Shown: positions 29,292 to 38,831 of the stretch, piece after piece | How positions within the stretch are numbered: position 1 is the stretch's first letter | Layout: each line of letters starts with the position of its first letter | From: a virus | Taxonomy: Duplodnaviria; Caudoviricetes | IMG/VR virus record: IMGVR_UViG_3300005918_000026 | Coordinates: 1 to 56,164 of that record | Length of the DNA stretch: 56,164 bases | Strand: one strand, 5' to 3' | Position numbers and translations under genes: made by a program | The notes under the pieces: generated by a model | Database searches by the model: none | Told to the model about the DNA's origin: nothing | Seen by the model: only the letters and a program-made list of their open reading frames with translations

Positions 29292-30314
29292 TTATTTAGT
29301 TTTCGAATAACATTTTTTATGCGAGATTGGTTTTGCTAAAAAATAGTATTCTTTATCTTCATGCATCCACGTTGAAACTTCGTCGTTTTCTGCCACTAAT
29401 TTAGCAGTGGTATTTTTTCCGCTTACAGCTTCTAAAATTGCATTTGGAGTGTCAATTTTTACGTATCCCCCAGATGATTTTGTAATATCTTTTCTTGTTA
29501 TAGAGTTTTCCTTGATAGGTTTTTTAGACTCTTGCACAGGAGCGCTTTGTGCTAATGGGTTTGTTAGTGGATTAGATAGCACTGCTTGTTTGAGCAATTC
29601 CAAAGCAGCATCCTTAACAGCTTTTTCAACATCAACAGCATTCTCAATTGCTTTAGGGCTAGCATCAACAGTATATGGATTTTCTTTGTATGCGGCCTGA
29701 ACATCAAAGTCAGGGTCTAATCTTTTTTCGCCAAACCTTGCTGTACCACTTAAATAATCAAAATCAATTTCTCCTAATTTTTCAAATTTAGCTACATATA
29801 CTTCTGCTTTTGTTTTGCCATCCTCAGCCCACAAATCTCTCATTGACCTTCTAATTTCTGGGTCTGCCATTGTTTTGAAAGGTTTTGCTGCTAAGTTTTC
29901 ACCACCCTCGCTAAGCTCATTCATATCAAAAATTATTATTTTCTCAGGCTCAACATCTTTGAGCATATCTGGAAGAGGGGCTCTATAAGCAGTAGGCTCT
30001 GATAGGGTTTCTGTTGGAAATTGCTCTCCTGGAACAAAACTTGTTTTTTCTGTTTCGGGCGCTGGAGGTGGAGGTGGAGCGTTATCATCCAATGTAGCAT
30101 CTTCGACAGCTTCTTCTTCATCTGGTCTTGGAAACTGAGTTGGACTTTGGGCTAAATTGGGGGTCTCCATTTCTTGCATCCCCTGTGGCTGGTTTAGTTT
30201 TTCTAATACTTTCTCTCTTACAGCTTCTAGGCTTAAAATTTCATTTAGACCTTTATCTCTAATTTCTTGAGCTATTATATTAGTCAACTTTTCAATATTT
30301 AGTTCTTCATTCAT
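29292..30314 (-). CDS. Acidic Pro-rich hypothetical protein (possible internal head protein)
   Basis: 340 aa; late-type motif at 30331-30338; several L/I/V-x-E sites. Confidence 0.65.
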   Translation of the reverse strand: MNEELNIEKLTNIIAQEIRDKGLNEILSLEAVREKVLEKLNQPQGMQEMETPNLAQSPTQFPRPDEEEAVEDATLDDNAPPPPPAPETEKTSFVPGEQFPTETLSEPTAYRAPLPDMLKDVEPEKIIIFDMNELSEGGENLAAKPFKTMADPEIRRSMRDLWAEDGKTKAEVYVAKFEKLGEIDFDYLSGTARFGEKRLDPDFDVQAAYKENPYTVDASPKAIENAVDVEKAVKDAALELLKQAVLSNPLTNPLAQSAPVQESKKPIKENSITRKDITKSSGGYVKIDTPNAILEAVSGKNTTAKLVAENDEVSTWMHEDKEYYFLAKPISHKKCYSKTK

Positions 30315-30396
30315 AACGACGCAATTTTTATATAAATATTTTATTTTTTTGCTTTTTTCATTAGATTTAAATATAAGAGAAAAAATAAAATAGATT

Positions 30397-31176
30397 ATGG
30401 CAGAAAAAAAAGGACAATCTACTAGCAGGTCTCATAATAAAGAGGCATTAAAAAAGGAGACAGACCAATACAATTCCAAACAAAAAAAAACAAATATGTC
30501 AAAAAAAATTAGCATTACAAAAAAAGACTTACAAAAAGGCGGAATAGAACTTACAAAAAAACAACATGAGTTATATAAAGCCATAAGAAACAACACTATT
30601 ACAATTGTGCAGGGTCCTGCTGGAACAGCTAAAACTTTTACAGCTTGTTATACAGCACTAGCTCTTCTTGCTGACAAAAAGATTGATAATATAATCCTTA
30701 CCAAGCCAATAAAAGAAAGCGGGGAGGAGCTTGGTCATCTTCCAGGAGATATTTCTGAAAAGACCGAGCCGTTCATGGAAAGTTATTTTACAAACTTTAC
30801 TAAAATATTAGGCAATGAGACTATTGGAAACCTTCGAAGGATAGATGATATACAAGTAAGACCTTTCGCGTATATGAGAGGTGCAACCTATGATAATTCA
30901 ATCATATTGTTGGATGAGGCTCAAAATGCAACGATTAAGCAAATAATGTTGTGGATAACTAGATTAGGAAAAAATTCAAAGGCTGTAATGATGGGAGACC
31001 TTAGTCAATATGATATAAATAAAAAAGATTCTAGGATGTTAGAGTTTATAGATATGGTCGAAGGAGTGGACTCTGTGGCAAATTTTAAGTTTGATTCTGT
31101 GGATATTATGAGAAATAAGGTGTTAATAGAGATTGTTGACCGTTATGAGAAACGTAAAGCGGAAAACAAGTTTTAA
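30397..31176 (+). CDS. phoH: PhoH-like ATPase
   Basis: GPAGTAKT Walker A variant, LGHLPGD, YMRGAT, LDEAQN, TRLG, GDLSQYD. Confidence 0.95.
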   Translation: MAEKKGQSTSRSHNKEALKKETDQYNSKQKKTNMSKKISITKKDLQKGGIELTKKQHELYKAIRNNTITIVQGPAGTAKTFTACYTALALLADKKIDNIILTKPIKESGEELGHLPGDISEKTEPFMESYFTNFTKILGNETIGNLRRIDDIQVRPFAYMRGATYDNSIILLDEAQNATIKQIMLWITRLGKNSKAVMMGDLSQYDINKKDSRMLEFIDMVEGVDSVANFKFDSVDIMRNKVLIEIVDRYEKRKAENKF

Positions 31177-31210
31177 TTACTATTTATATAAAACTTTAAA
31201 ATAAATTATT

Positions 31211-31369
31211 ATGAGCAAATCAAAAAGAGGAAATGGAATGGTTAATCCTGACGAGGCTCCAAAAGAAAAAAGAAAAAAGAAAATAAAAGTTAGAAATCCT
31301 AATGAACTTATTGAGCGTGAAGAGGAACAAATTCTTACTGAAGACGGCAGAGAGCTGTTAAAAGATTAA
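31211..31369 (+). CDS. Small hypothetical protein (52 aa, below ORF-track cutoff)
   Basis: MSKSKRGNGMVNPDEAPKEKRKKKIKVRNPNELIEREEEQILTEDGRELLKD; TATTTATA at 31181-31188; followed by a terminator. Confidence 0.7.
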   Translation: MSKSKRGNGMVNPDEAPKEKRKKKIKVRNPNELIEREEEQILTEDGRELLKD

Positions 31370-31390
31370 ACATTTTAAATTAAAACAAAC

Positions 31391-31419
31391 AAAAAAGCCG
31401 CTAAATTAGCGGCTTTTTT
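31391..31419. terminator. Bidirectional intrinsic terminator
   Basis: AAAAAAGCCGCTAA-A-TTAGCGGCTTTTTT. Confidence 0.9.
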
Positions 31420-31437
31420 GTTTTATGTGTTATGGAC

Positions 31438-32313
31438 TTAGTTTACAAGTTTCTTTTTTGAGAATCCTGTAAGTTGTCTCATTCTTTGCATTTCTATATA
31501 AAGTTCTGTACCTTCTTTGATAACTAATTTTGTGTCATCTTTTTTAGCACCTTCGTCCAACTTGTCTGTTTCAGCTGGTTCTGTTTCATCTTCTTCTTGC
31601 AAAGTTCCAGCATTAGTTGATTTTTCTGGATTACCTTCAACACCTTCTTTTCCATTGTCAAATGGAACAGCGTTTTTAGGTTCTTGCTTATTAACAATAG
31701 GGTCTCCCTCTTGTTCTTGAGTAATTTCAATATCAGTTTCGTCTCCACCTTCTGGCGTATTAACTACATCTGTTACTTCAATGTCATCTCCAGGAATTTC
31801 TTCCCCAGGCATATCGTCTCCAGAGATTTCTTCTCCAGGAGCTTCACCTCCAACAGCTGCACCTACTTCGGTCTCAATTGTTGCTTGGATTTTGTCAGCA
31901 ACCATTCCCATTAACTGGTCTAGGTCTAAATCTTCTAATGCGTCGTTATCAGCAGGGCCTTCCATATCAGCAGCAATATCTGTTTCCATGTCATTTCCTG
32001 GCATTTCATCTGTGATTTCGTCGCCTACTGGCATTTCATCTGTGATTTCTTCATCTTCTAAAAGGTGAGAACCTTTTTTCTCGAATTGGGGTGCCCATTT
32101 TTTAGCATCCTTTGATAAACCATCAGGGCTTGTTGTAGACGTTTCTCCGCCAGCAGTTACTTCTTCTAGGTCATCTTCTTGAAGTCTTGTAAGTTCTTCA
32201 TTGACGAGAGATAGTTTTTTCTTGAGTTGGATTTCTTTCATTTTTTTACTCCACTCTTCTTTGATTATTTGAGTAACTCTCTGTTCTGTGATTTTGTATT
32301 TTTTTTCTGCCAT
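31438..32313 (-). CDS. Highly acidic scaffold-like / internal head protein
   Basis: KITEQRVTQIIKEE N-terminus, many LxE sites, C-terminal EMQRMRQLTGF resembling the scaffold C-terminus. Confidence 0.7.
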   Translation of the reverse strand: MAEKKYKITEQRVTQIIKEEWSKKMKEIQLKKKLSLVNEELTRLQEDDLEEVTAGGETSTTSPDGLSKDAKKWAPQFEKKGSHLLEDEEITDEMPVGDEITDEMPGNDMETDIAADMEGPADNDALEDLDLDQLMGMVADKIQATIETEVGAAVGGEAPGEEISGDDMPGEEIPGDDIEVTDVVNTPEGGDETDIEITQEQEGDPIVNKQEPKNAVPFDNGKEGVEGNPEKSTNAGTLQEEDETEPAETDKLDEGAKKDDTKLVIKEGTELYIEMQRMRQLTGFSKKKLVN

Positions 32314-32379
32314 AACAAATGCATTTTAATTTTTTAATAAATAGTGAAAATTTTTGAAAAAATATTTTTTTTAGTTTGT

Positions 32380-32733
32380 TTACAAATTATTTCTAGTTTG
32401 TGTTAGTTTACTTATTAAATTATTTATTAGAGGAGCGTTTGCTCTAGCTACCTCTTTTTCCTTTTCTTTTTCTATTTGTCTTTCATCATATATTTGCGTT
32501 CCCTGGCTATATGATTTTGCAACTTTGTTCAACATAGAAGTTAAACCTTCATAAAGTTCAGTCAATTCATCGTCCTCAGGTTCGCCCTCTTGCACTATAA
32601 TCACTTGTTTGTTCTTATACCCTATTCCATACCTTTTAAGAATAGGAGCAATGTCTCTAGCCCAATTTACGTGTTTTTTTTGACTTGCCGCATCTCGGTT
32701 TAAACCTTTAAGGTCTTTAATCGCTAGACTTAT
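32380..32733 (-). CDS. Start-less open frame continuing 32730..33314 in the -1 frame (frameshift extension); includes ORF 32380..32604
   Basis: Open from the A10 run (ISLAIKDLKGLNRDAASQKKHVNWARDIAPILKRYGIGYKNKQVIIVQEG...) to the stop at 32380; first GTG only at 32604. Confidence 0.6.
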   Translation of the reverse strand: MSLAIKDLKGLNRDAASQKKHVNWARDIAPILKRYGIGYKNKQVIIVQEGEPEDDELTELYEGLTSMLNKVAKSYSQGTQIYDERQIEKEKEKEVARANAPLINNLISKLTQTRNNL

Positions 32734-33314
32734 TTTTTTTTTGCGTCAGAACTGGCTGTTTTTGAAAAACTTTCGCTAATAGCAGTGTAAGCTTCTTCGA
32801 ATTTAGCTATTTTTTCTTTTAACATGTCGTTTTCAGCTTGCATTTCATCCAAAGTATTTACTCCTTCACCCTCTGATGCAGTGTCGATTCCAAGATTTGT
32901 CATCTCTTCTTCAAGTCCGTATAATTCTTCGAATTTATAAATTCTACCACCTTGTCCATCGTTTGAACCTATTTGAGCACCCTCTTCCCCCTCGGTTTCT
33001 TTGATAGCTTCTCTGCTTGCTTGACCAAATTCTACGTCGCTTGCAGTTGCGCTTCTTCCAGTAACAGCACCTTTTCCACCAACAATGTGTTCATGAGAAT
33101 CTCTTTGGTTGCCTTGCGCATCAACTCTGTTTTTAAATCCAGGACCAGCCATAAATCCACGGCCAATAGTATTAACTTCATTAAGTTGTTTAAGCTCGTC
33201 ATTGATTTTCTTTGCCTCGTTGTATAATTCAATCTTTCTTTTTAAGACAAGAGCTCTTTGCTTAATAGCCTCTTCGATTTGCTTTTTGCTAACCTTATTC
33301 TTTTTTTGTTCCAT
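32730..33314 (-). CDS. Hypothetical coiled-coil protein (possible internal head protein) ending in GCA AAA AAA AAA TAA
   Basis: 194 aa; late-type motif TATTTATT at 33332-33339. Confidence 0.75.
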   Translation of the reverse strand: MEQKKNKVSKKQIEEAIKQRALVLKRKIELYNEAKKINDELKQLNEVNTIGRGFMAGPGFKNRVDAQGNQRDSHEHIVGGKGAVTGRSATASDVEFGQASREAIKETEGEEGAQIGSNDGQGGRIYKFEELYGLEEEMTNLGIDTASEGEGVNTLDEMQAENDMLKEKIAKFEEAYTAISESFSKTASSDAKKK

Positions 33315-33339
33315 AATATCATATGTTTTTCAATAAATA

Positions 33340-33371
33340 TTTGAAAATTTTTGTTTTTTTTCTTATTTTTG
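33340..33371 (+). promoter_or_regulatory. Bacteroidota consensus promoter TTTG-N20-TATTTTTG driving the glycan operon
   Basis: TTTG at 33340-33343 and TAnnTTTG at 33364-33371, 20-nt spacer. Confidence 0.6.
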
Positions 33372-33406
33372 TATTAAACAAACAAATTTAAGAAAATTTT
33401 TACTCT

Positions 33407-34195
33407 ATGAACGTAATTATATTCAGCTATAACAGGTACTCACAGTTAGAATTGCTACTAACGTCTCTTAATAAACATTCTCGAGATAATTTAAATATTT
33501 CAATCTTATATCAAGAAAGAGAAGATATTTTACCAGTAAAAAAGACTCAAGATAAAATAGTCAAAAAATTTTCCAAATTAAAAAATATAAGTTCTATAAA
33601 AACAGAATCATCAATAGATTTTAAAAAAGATGTTATTAGACTATTAGATTCTGGGTCAGAACATATATTATTTTGCAGCGACTCCAATATAATATATAGA
33701 CCAATAGATTTTGGGTTGGCAGAAAAATCTTTACAGGAAAATAAAAACGTTGTGTGTTTCTCACTTCGACTTGGGAGAAACATTACACATTGTTATAATA
33801 CACATACTGACAACAATTTGTACGGAGTTGAAGATGATGGGGAAGAGCTTATAAAATGGTTTTGGAACAAAGCTTATTTAGATTTTGGATATCCATTTAG
33901 TTTTGATGGTCATATTTTTAGAACTAAGGAAATAAAACAACTTATAAAAAACGCTAGAGGAAAAACCCCCGTAGAACTAGAAGATGGATTGCAAATTTTT
34001 GACACTTTTCCTAAAGGCGAAATGATGGCCTTTAAAGAAAGTGTATTAGTAAGTAGAGCTGATGTATTAGAAGGTGCTGGGGAGATGCGAGAACTTACTA
34101 TTAGATATGCAGGAGGGGCAAGATTGGTATATACAAACAGCTACTTCAAAGATGTAGACGCCGTAATTAAAGAAATTAATTTAAAATTTAAGTAA
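33407..34195 (+). CDS. GT-A fold glycosyltransferase-like protein
   Basis: IIFSYNR..QL..LL.SL N-terminus, FSLRLG, FGYPFSFDGHIFR; DxD region degenerate (CSDSN). Confidence 0.6.
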   Translation: MNVIIFSYNRYSQLELLLTSLNKHSRDNLNISILYQEREDILPVKKTQDKIVKKFSKLKNISSIKTESSIDFKKDVIRLLDSGSEHILFCSDSNIIYRPIDFGLAEKSLQENKNVVCFSLRLGRNITHCYNTHTDNNLYGVEDDGEELIKWFWNKAYLDFGYPFSFDGHIFRTKEIKQLIKNARGKTPVELEDGLQIFDTFPKGEMMAFKESVLVSRADVLEGAGEMRELTIRYAGGARLVYTNSYFKDVDAVIKEINLKFK

Positions 34196-34196
34196 A

Positions 34197-34511
34197 ATGG
34201 AAGATAGGTACTATATGGGTGAAAAAAAAGAAAAAATTAAAGATAAGGTAATTATGATTTTTTATATTAATATAGGAAATGTGTCCGATGTAGATGTTAA
34301 GCCGTATGTGGAGAAAACAAAAAATGCGCTCAGCTCAAATCATTTATTTGAAGACGTTGTGGAATATTTCATACCAGTGAGAGACCATGAAAGCAAATTG
34401 GAAATTATCGTTCCTGGACAAGATATTCAAAACGAAGAGGCTGTTCTAGAGAAATTAGAAAATATCCAAGAAATGTATAAACAAATTTTAGAAAAATATG
34501 AAACAAAATAA
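34197..34511 (+). CDS. Hypothetical protein
   Basis: 104-aa ORF in operon. Confidence 0.65.
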   Translation: MEDRYYMGEKKEKIKDKVIMIFYINIGNVSDVDVKPYVEKTKNALSSNHLFEDVVEYFIPVRDHESKLEIIVPGQDIQNEEAVLEKLENIQEMYKQILEKYETK

Positions 34512-35337
34512 AATTAAATCGATATCTCCGTTCTATAACGCAGAAAAATTCATTGATAAATGTGTAAGTTCTGTGTTGACACAAAGTTATGAAAATTTCG
34601 ATGCTCTTTTTATTGATGATTGTTCAAGTGATGGAAGTTTCGAAGTAATGAAGGCAATGTTTGCAGAAGTTTCGAAAGAAAGGGAGTTTATAGGATACAA
34701 TGGCGTTCTTATTACAGAATATATTTGTACCCCAAAGAGAAAAACCAACGCAAAGTCAATTAAGATATGGCAACGTGCTGAGAGAACATCTGCAGCAGAA
34801 AACTGGTCAGATGCAATATTGAGAGATTGCGAAAAAGAAGACATTGTAGCGTCTCTTGATGGTGACGATTGGCTGTACGACAGAAATGTGCTTAAATATA
34901 TAAATGAACAGTTTCAAGATGAAAACTTGTGGTTTATGTATGGAGGTTGTGCCTGGACAGATGGTCGCAATTGCTGCTCAATACCATATGATAAAAAAGA
35001 TTTTGATAACCTAAGAAAGATTCAAAGGTTTAAGATTTCTCAAATGAGAAACTTTAGAGCAGGATTATTTCAAAAAATACATGAGCTTGACCCAGAACTT
35101 TCTAATTTTAAAAACAAGAAAGGCGAGTTTTATACCATGGCTGGCGATGTAGCTTTAACATATCCCATGTTGGAGATGGCTGGTTTTGACAGAATAAAAC
35201 ATAATACTAAACATTTGTATGTGTACAACCGTCATTCTCCAATCAATAATGATAAAGTTGACCAAAGCTTACAGTGGAATAACCATGCTGAAATTTTAAA
35301 TAAGAAAGCTTTTAAAAAAATTGACACTTACTTGTAA
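34498..35337 (+). CDS. Glycosyltransferase family 2
   Basis: PFYNAEKFI..CV.SVL.Q, IDDCSSDGS, LDGDDW. Confidence 0.9.
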   Translation: MKQNKIKSISPFYNAEKFIDKCVSSVLTQSYENFDALFIDDCSSDGSFEVMKAMFAEVSKEREFIGYNGVLITEYICTPKRKTNAKSIKIWQRAERTSAAENWSDAILRDCEKEDIVASLDGDDWLYDRNVLKYINEQFQDENLWFMYGGCAWTDGRNCCSIPYDKKDFDNLRKIQRFKISQMRNFRAGLFQKIHELDPELSNFKNKKGEFYTMAGDVALTYPMLEMAGFDRIKHNTKHLYVYNRHSPINNDKVDQSLQWNNHAEILNKKAFKKIDTYL

Positions 35338-35348
35338 AACATAAATAT

Positions 35349-36074
35349 ATGATTTCAGTAATATTAAACGTATACAAAAGACCTTATAGTCTAGAAAGCC
35401 AGATTGAAGCTATTAAAGCCCAATCAATCTTTATTAAGAGTGAAAATATTCATGTTTGGTATAATCTTCCAGAAGATGGCACTGCTCAGATTCTGCCCAA
35501 GGATAAAAAGATTAAAACTTATAGGTGTAATCACAATACAAAATTCTTTGGCAGGTTCACAATACCTCTAATGTGCAGAACTCCGTACATAGCAATGTTT
35601 GATGATGATGTTATCCCAGGTAAAAAATGGTTTAAAAACTGCATTGACACTATGGATAAACATAATGGCATAATGGGAAGCAGTGGTGTTATTACCAATG
35701 GGAAGACGTATATGCCTCACCAAAAAGTAGGTTGGAACGGTCTTCATTTTGACACAGCTAAAAAAGTGGACTTGGTAGGTCACGGCTGGTTTTTTAGACA
35801 AGAGTGGGCTAAATTTATGTGGCAAGAAGAGCCGCCGTCGTGGCACAACGGAGAGGATATGTTGTTTTCATATGCAGCGCAAAAAAACGATGTTGACACA
35901 TTTGTTCCACCACACCCAAACGAAGATAAAGAATTGTGGGGAAATATTCCAGGAAGAGACCATAATTGGGGCTCAGATAACAATGCAAACTTTCTAACAG
36001 TTAAAGACCATTTTTCCGTTAGAGACCAAATAGTTATAGATTTGAAAGAAAGAGGCTGGAAAACAATTAGATAA
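35349..36074 (+). CDS. GT-A fold glycosyltransferase (GT2-like)
   Basis: ISVILNVYKRP, FDDDVIPG, GEDM. Confidence 0.8.
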   Translation: MISVILNVYKRPYSLESQIEAIKAQSIFIKSENIHVWYNLPEDGTAQILPKDKKIKTYRCNHNTKFFGRFTIPLMCRTPYIAMFDDDVIPGKKWFKNCIDTMDKHNGIMGSSGVITNGKTYMPHQKVGWNGLHFDTAKKVDLVGHGWFFRQEWAKFMWQEEPPSWHNGEDMLFSYAAQKNDVDTFVPPHPNEDKELWGNIPGRDHNWGSDNNANFLTVKDHFSVRDQIVIDLKERGWKTIR

Positions 36075-36084
36075 AATATATGAT

Positions 36085-36840
36085 ATGAAAACATTTAGAG
36101 GTCATTTTGAAATGCTATTAAAAAAATTAGAAGATGGTGAACACATTGCTTATTCTAGATTCTCTGATGGCGAGCTTAGAATTATGCAGAATGTAGAATT
36201 GGTATTAGCAAGCGGTCATTGTAAGATAGGAAAAAAAGTTTCACCCAATCAATATAAAAAAGAAGACCATAAACATTTTATACCATCAGAGCACGCGTTT
36301 TATAGAGAAAAATTAATGGAGGCTTACAGATTCAAGAAAGAAAAATATTTTGTTGGATTAAGCTGCAGGTGTTGTGTTGGAAATTCTGATTTTAAGCAGA
36401 TGTTGGAATGGTACGACGGAGACTCTGAATCAGACAATCTAACCTGGGCTAATCTATTTTTAAATGGCAATTATCCTTTGTTTATGGAAAAAATAGTTCC
36501 GTTGTTTTCTAAGAAAAAAATTGTATATATTTTAAATGAAAATGCAAATACGAAAAATCTTCCATTTGAAGTAGTTAAAGAATTTAAGGTAGGATTCAAC
36601 TGTTTTGTCAATAATTATGATATGATAGAAGAGATTAAAGAATGGATAAAGAAAAATGATATTGAAGACCATATATTTTTATTTTCAGCGTCGTCGCTGA
36701 GCAATCTTATGATTCATCAATTATTTGATTTTTGTGACAAAAATGCCTATCTTGATATAGGAACAACATTAAACCCGATGCTTGGAATGCAAGCTAAAAG
36801 AGGATATCATACTGGAAATAAAAAAATGTGTATATGGTAA
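36085..36840 (+). CDS. GT-D fold-like glycosyltransferase
   Basis: SRFSDGEL N-terminal and LDIGT.L.P C-terminal motifs. Confidence 0.6.
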   Translation: MKTFRGHFEMLLKKLEDGEHIAYSRFSDGELRIMQNVELVLASGHCKIGKKVSPNQYKKEDHKHFIPSEHAFYREKLMEAYRFKKEKYFVGLSCRCCVGNSDFKQMLEWYDGDSESDNLTWANLFLNGNYPLFMEKIVPLFSKKKIVYILNENANTKNLPFEVVKEFKVGFNCFVNNYDMIEEIKEWIKKNDIEDHIFLFSASSLSNLMIHQLFDFCDKNAYLDIGTTLNPMLGMQAKRGYHTGNKKMCIW

Positions 36841-37250
36841 TGAAATTAATAAAAAACGAAGAGAAACACTATGAGTTTATCAGAAAATTAAGAACTGATA
36901 AAAGAAATGCTAGCGGTTTTTTTGAACAGGTGGATATTACAACCGAACAGCAAAAAAAATATATGGAAAAATATAGTGATTGTTATTACATTTGTATCCA
37001 AGACGATATTCCTGTTGGATTTATTGGGGCAGTTGATAATGATGTTAGATTAGCTACTTTACCAGAATTAAAAGGAACAGGTATAGGAAAATTCATGCTA
37101 ACCGAGTTTATGAAAACACATCCAAACGCATCAGCAAAAGTAATGCTTGAAAACGAAGTTAGTAACAACCTATTTCAAAAATATGGGTTTATAGGTTTTA
37201 AAAAGGACGAAAATTTTATATATTATAAATATGACACAAAAGAAAATTAA
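36828..37250 (+). CDS. GNAT N-acetyltransferase (PseH-like)
   Basis: PVGFIG, KGTGIGK, N..S..LFQKYGF; real start may be ATG 36840. Confidence 0.85.
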   Translation: MYMVMKLIKNEEKHYEFIRKLRTDKRNASGFFEQVDITTEQQKKYMEKYSDCYYICIQDDIPVGFIGAVDNDVRLATLPELKGTGIGKFMLTEFMKTHPNASAKVMLENEVSNNLFQKYGFIGFKKDENFIYYKYDTKEN

Positions 37251-37896
37251 ACACAATCCGTATTCCATAGTAAAACATTTTGAAGAGGAGGTTGCGGAGT
37301 ATACAGGAGCTCCTTATGCGGTGTCTGTTGACAGTTGTACAAATGCCATATTTTTATGTATGAGATACTTTAAAGATGTCATTATGACTAAGCATGAAGA
37401 TTTTGAAATTACCATACCTTCAAAAACTTACTTATCGGTTCCGCAGTCTATAAAACACGCAGGTTTTGATGTTACATTTGACGCGAGAGAGGAAATAAAT
37501 AACTGGAAAGGGATTTATCAACTAAAGCCACTTCCTGTATATGATGCAGCAAAAAGGTTTACTTCAGATATGTATGTGCCCGATACGTTTATGTGCTTGT
37601 CTTTTCACATAAAAAAACAACTTGCACTGGGAAAGGGCGGCATGATTTTGACCGATAATGAAGAGGCTGTAAAATGGTTTAAACAGGCTCGCTACGAAGG
37701 TAGGGGCGAAAAACTGTACCATGAAGATGATATCACAATGTTAGGGTGGAATATGTATATGACACCACAGGAAGCTGCTCACGGATTAGCATTGATGCAG
37801 AACTATCCAGTGGACGTTCCAGACCTAGAGGAAAACAATGGCTATAGAGACTTAACAGAATTTACAGTTTTTAAAGAATATAAAAAAATATTATGA
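37231..37896 (+). CDS. DegT/DnrJ/EryC1/StrS sugar aminotransferase (short form)
   Basis: FEEEVAEYTGAPYAVSVDSCTNAI, YDAA, SFHIKKQL..GKGGMI, GWNMYM. Confidence 0.85.
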   Translation: MTQKKIKHNPYSIVKHFEEEVAEYTGAPYAVSVDSCTNAIFLCMRYFKDVIMTKHEDFEITIPSKTYLSVPQSIKHAGFDVTFDAREEINNWKGIYQLKPLPVYDAAKRFTSDMYVPDTFMCLSFHIKKQLALGKGGMILTDNEEAVKWFKQARYEGRGEKLYHEDDITMLGWNMYMTPQEAAHGLALMQNYPVDVPDLEENNGYRDLTEFTVFKEYKKIL

Positions 37897-38831
37897 AAAA
37901 AGTTTTAATTACTGGGGGTGCTGGATATATAGGTTCTGTACTTACTAGAACTCTTTTAAAAGAAGGATACAGTGTAACAGTTATAGATAGTTTGATGTAT
38001 AATCAATTGTCTTTATTAGGTGAATGTCAAAATGAAAATTTTAATTTAACTGTTCACAATATAACAGATTTTGAATTTTTAAAAGAAGAGTTGAAAAAAT
38101 ACGATATCATTATCCCCTTAGCTGCAATTGTGGGAGCACCCGCTTGTGATGAAAATAAAGAGCTGGCTACAAAAATAAATTTTGAACAAATAAAGGTTAT
38201 AGTTGATAATTTGACAGAAAATCAAAAGATAATTATGCCTAACACTAATAGTCAATATGGAAGTTCAAAAAACATAATAACCGAGGAAAGCCCTTTTAAC
38301 CCTCTGTCTCATTATGCAGTTACAAAGTGTAAAGCAGAGGATTATGTATTAGAGCATAGCAATGGAATATGTTTGAGGCTTGCAACTGTTTTTGGAACTT
38401 CCCCTCGAATGAGAACAGATTTACTCGTCAACGATTTTGTTTACAAGTCTATTGTAGATGGTTATCTAATTTTATTTGAACCCAATTTTAATCGTAATTA
38501 TATCCACATACAGGATATAGCAAACACTTTTTTGTTTTGCATAGAGCATTATAGTTCTATGAAAAAAGATGTATATAACGTAGGACTTTCAGATGCTAAT
38601 TTAACCAAGGCTGAGTTAGCAAGTGCTATAAAAAAACAAATACCAAACCTTGTAATTAAAGAAGATGATTATAAAAGTGATGCTGACCAGCGCAATTACA
38701 TAGTTTCTAATGAAAAATTAGAGTCTTGCGTATGGAGGCCAAACCACAGTATTGACGAAGGTATTCAAGAATTGCTAAAAGGTTATAAAATGGTCATAAA
38801 ATTCAACAATAAAAATTTCACAAACTTATGA
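37893..38831 (+). CDS. NAD-dependent epimerase/dehydratase
   Basis: TGGAGYIGS, LAAIVG.PAC, YAVTK, RLATVFG.SPRMR.DLLVNDF. Confidence 0.92.
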   Translation: MKKVLITGGAGYIGSVLTRTLLKEGYSVTVIDSLMYNQLSLLGECQNENFNLTVHNITDFEFLKEELKKYDIIIPLAAIVGAPACDENKELATKINFEQIKVIVDNLTENQKIIMPNTNSQYGSSKNIITEESPFNPLSHYAVTKCKAEDYVLEHSNGICLRLATVFGTSPRMRTDLLVNDFVYKSIVDGYLILFEPNFNRNYIHIQDIANTFLFCIEHYSSMKKDVYNVGLSDANLTKAELASAIKKQIPNLVIKEDDYKSDADQRNYIVSNEKLESCVWRPNHSIDEGIQELLKGYKMVIKFNNKNFTNL

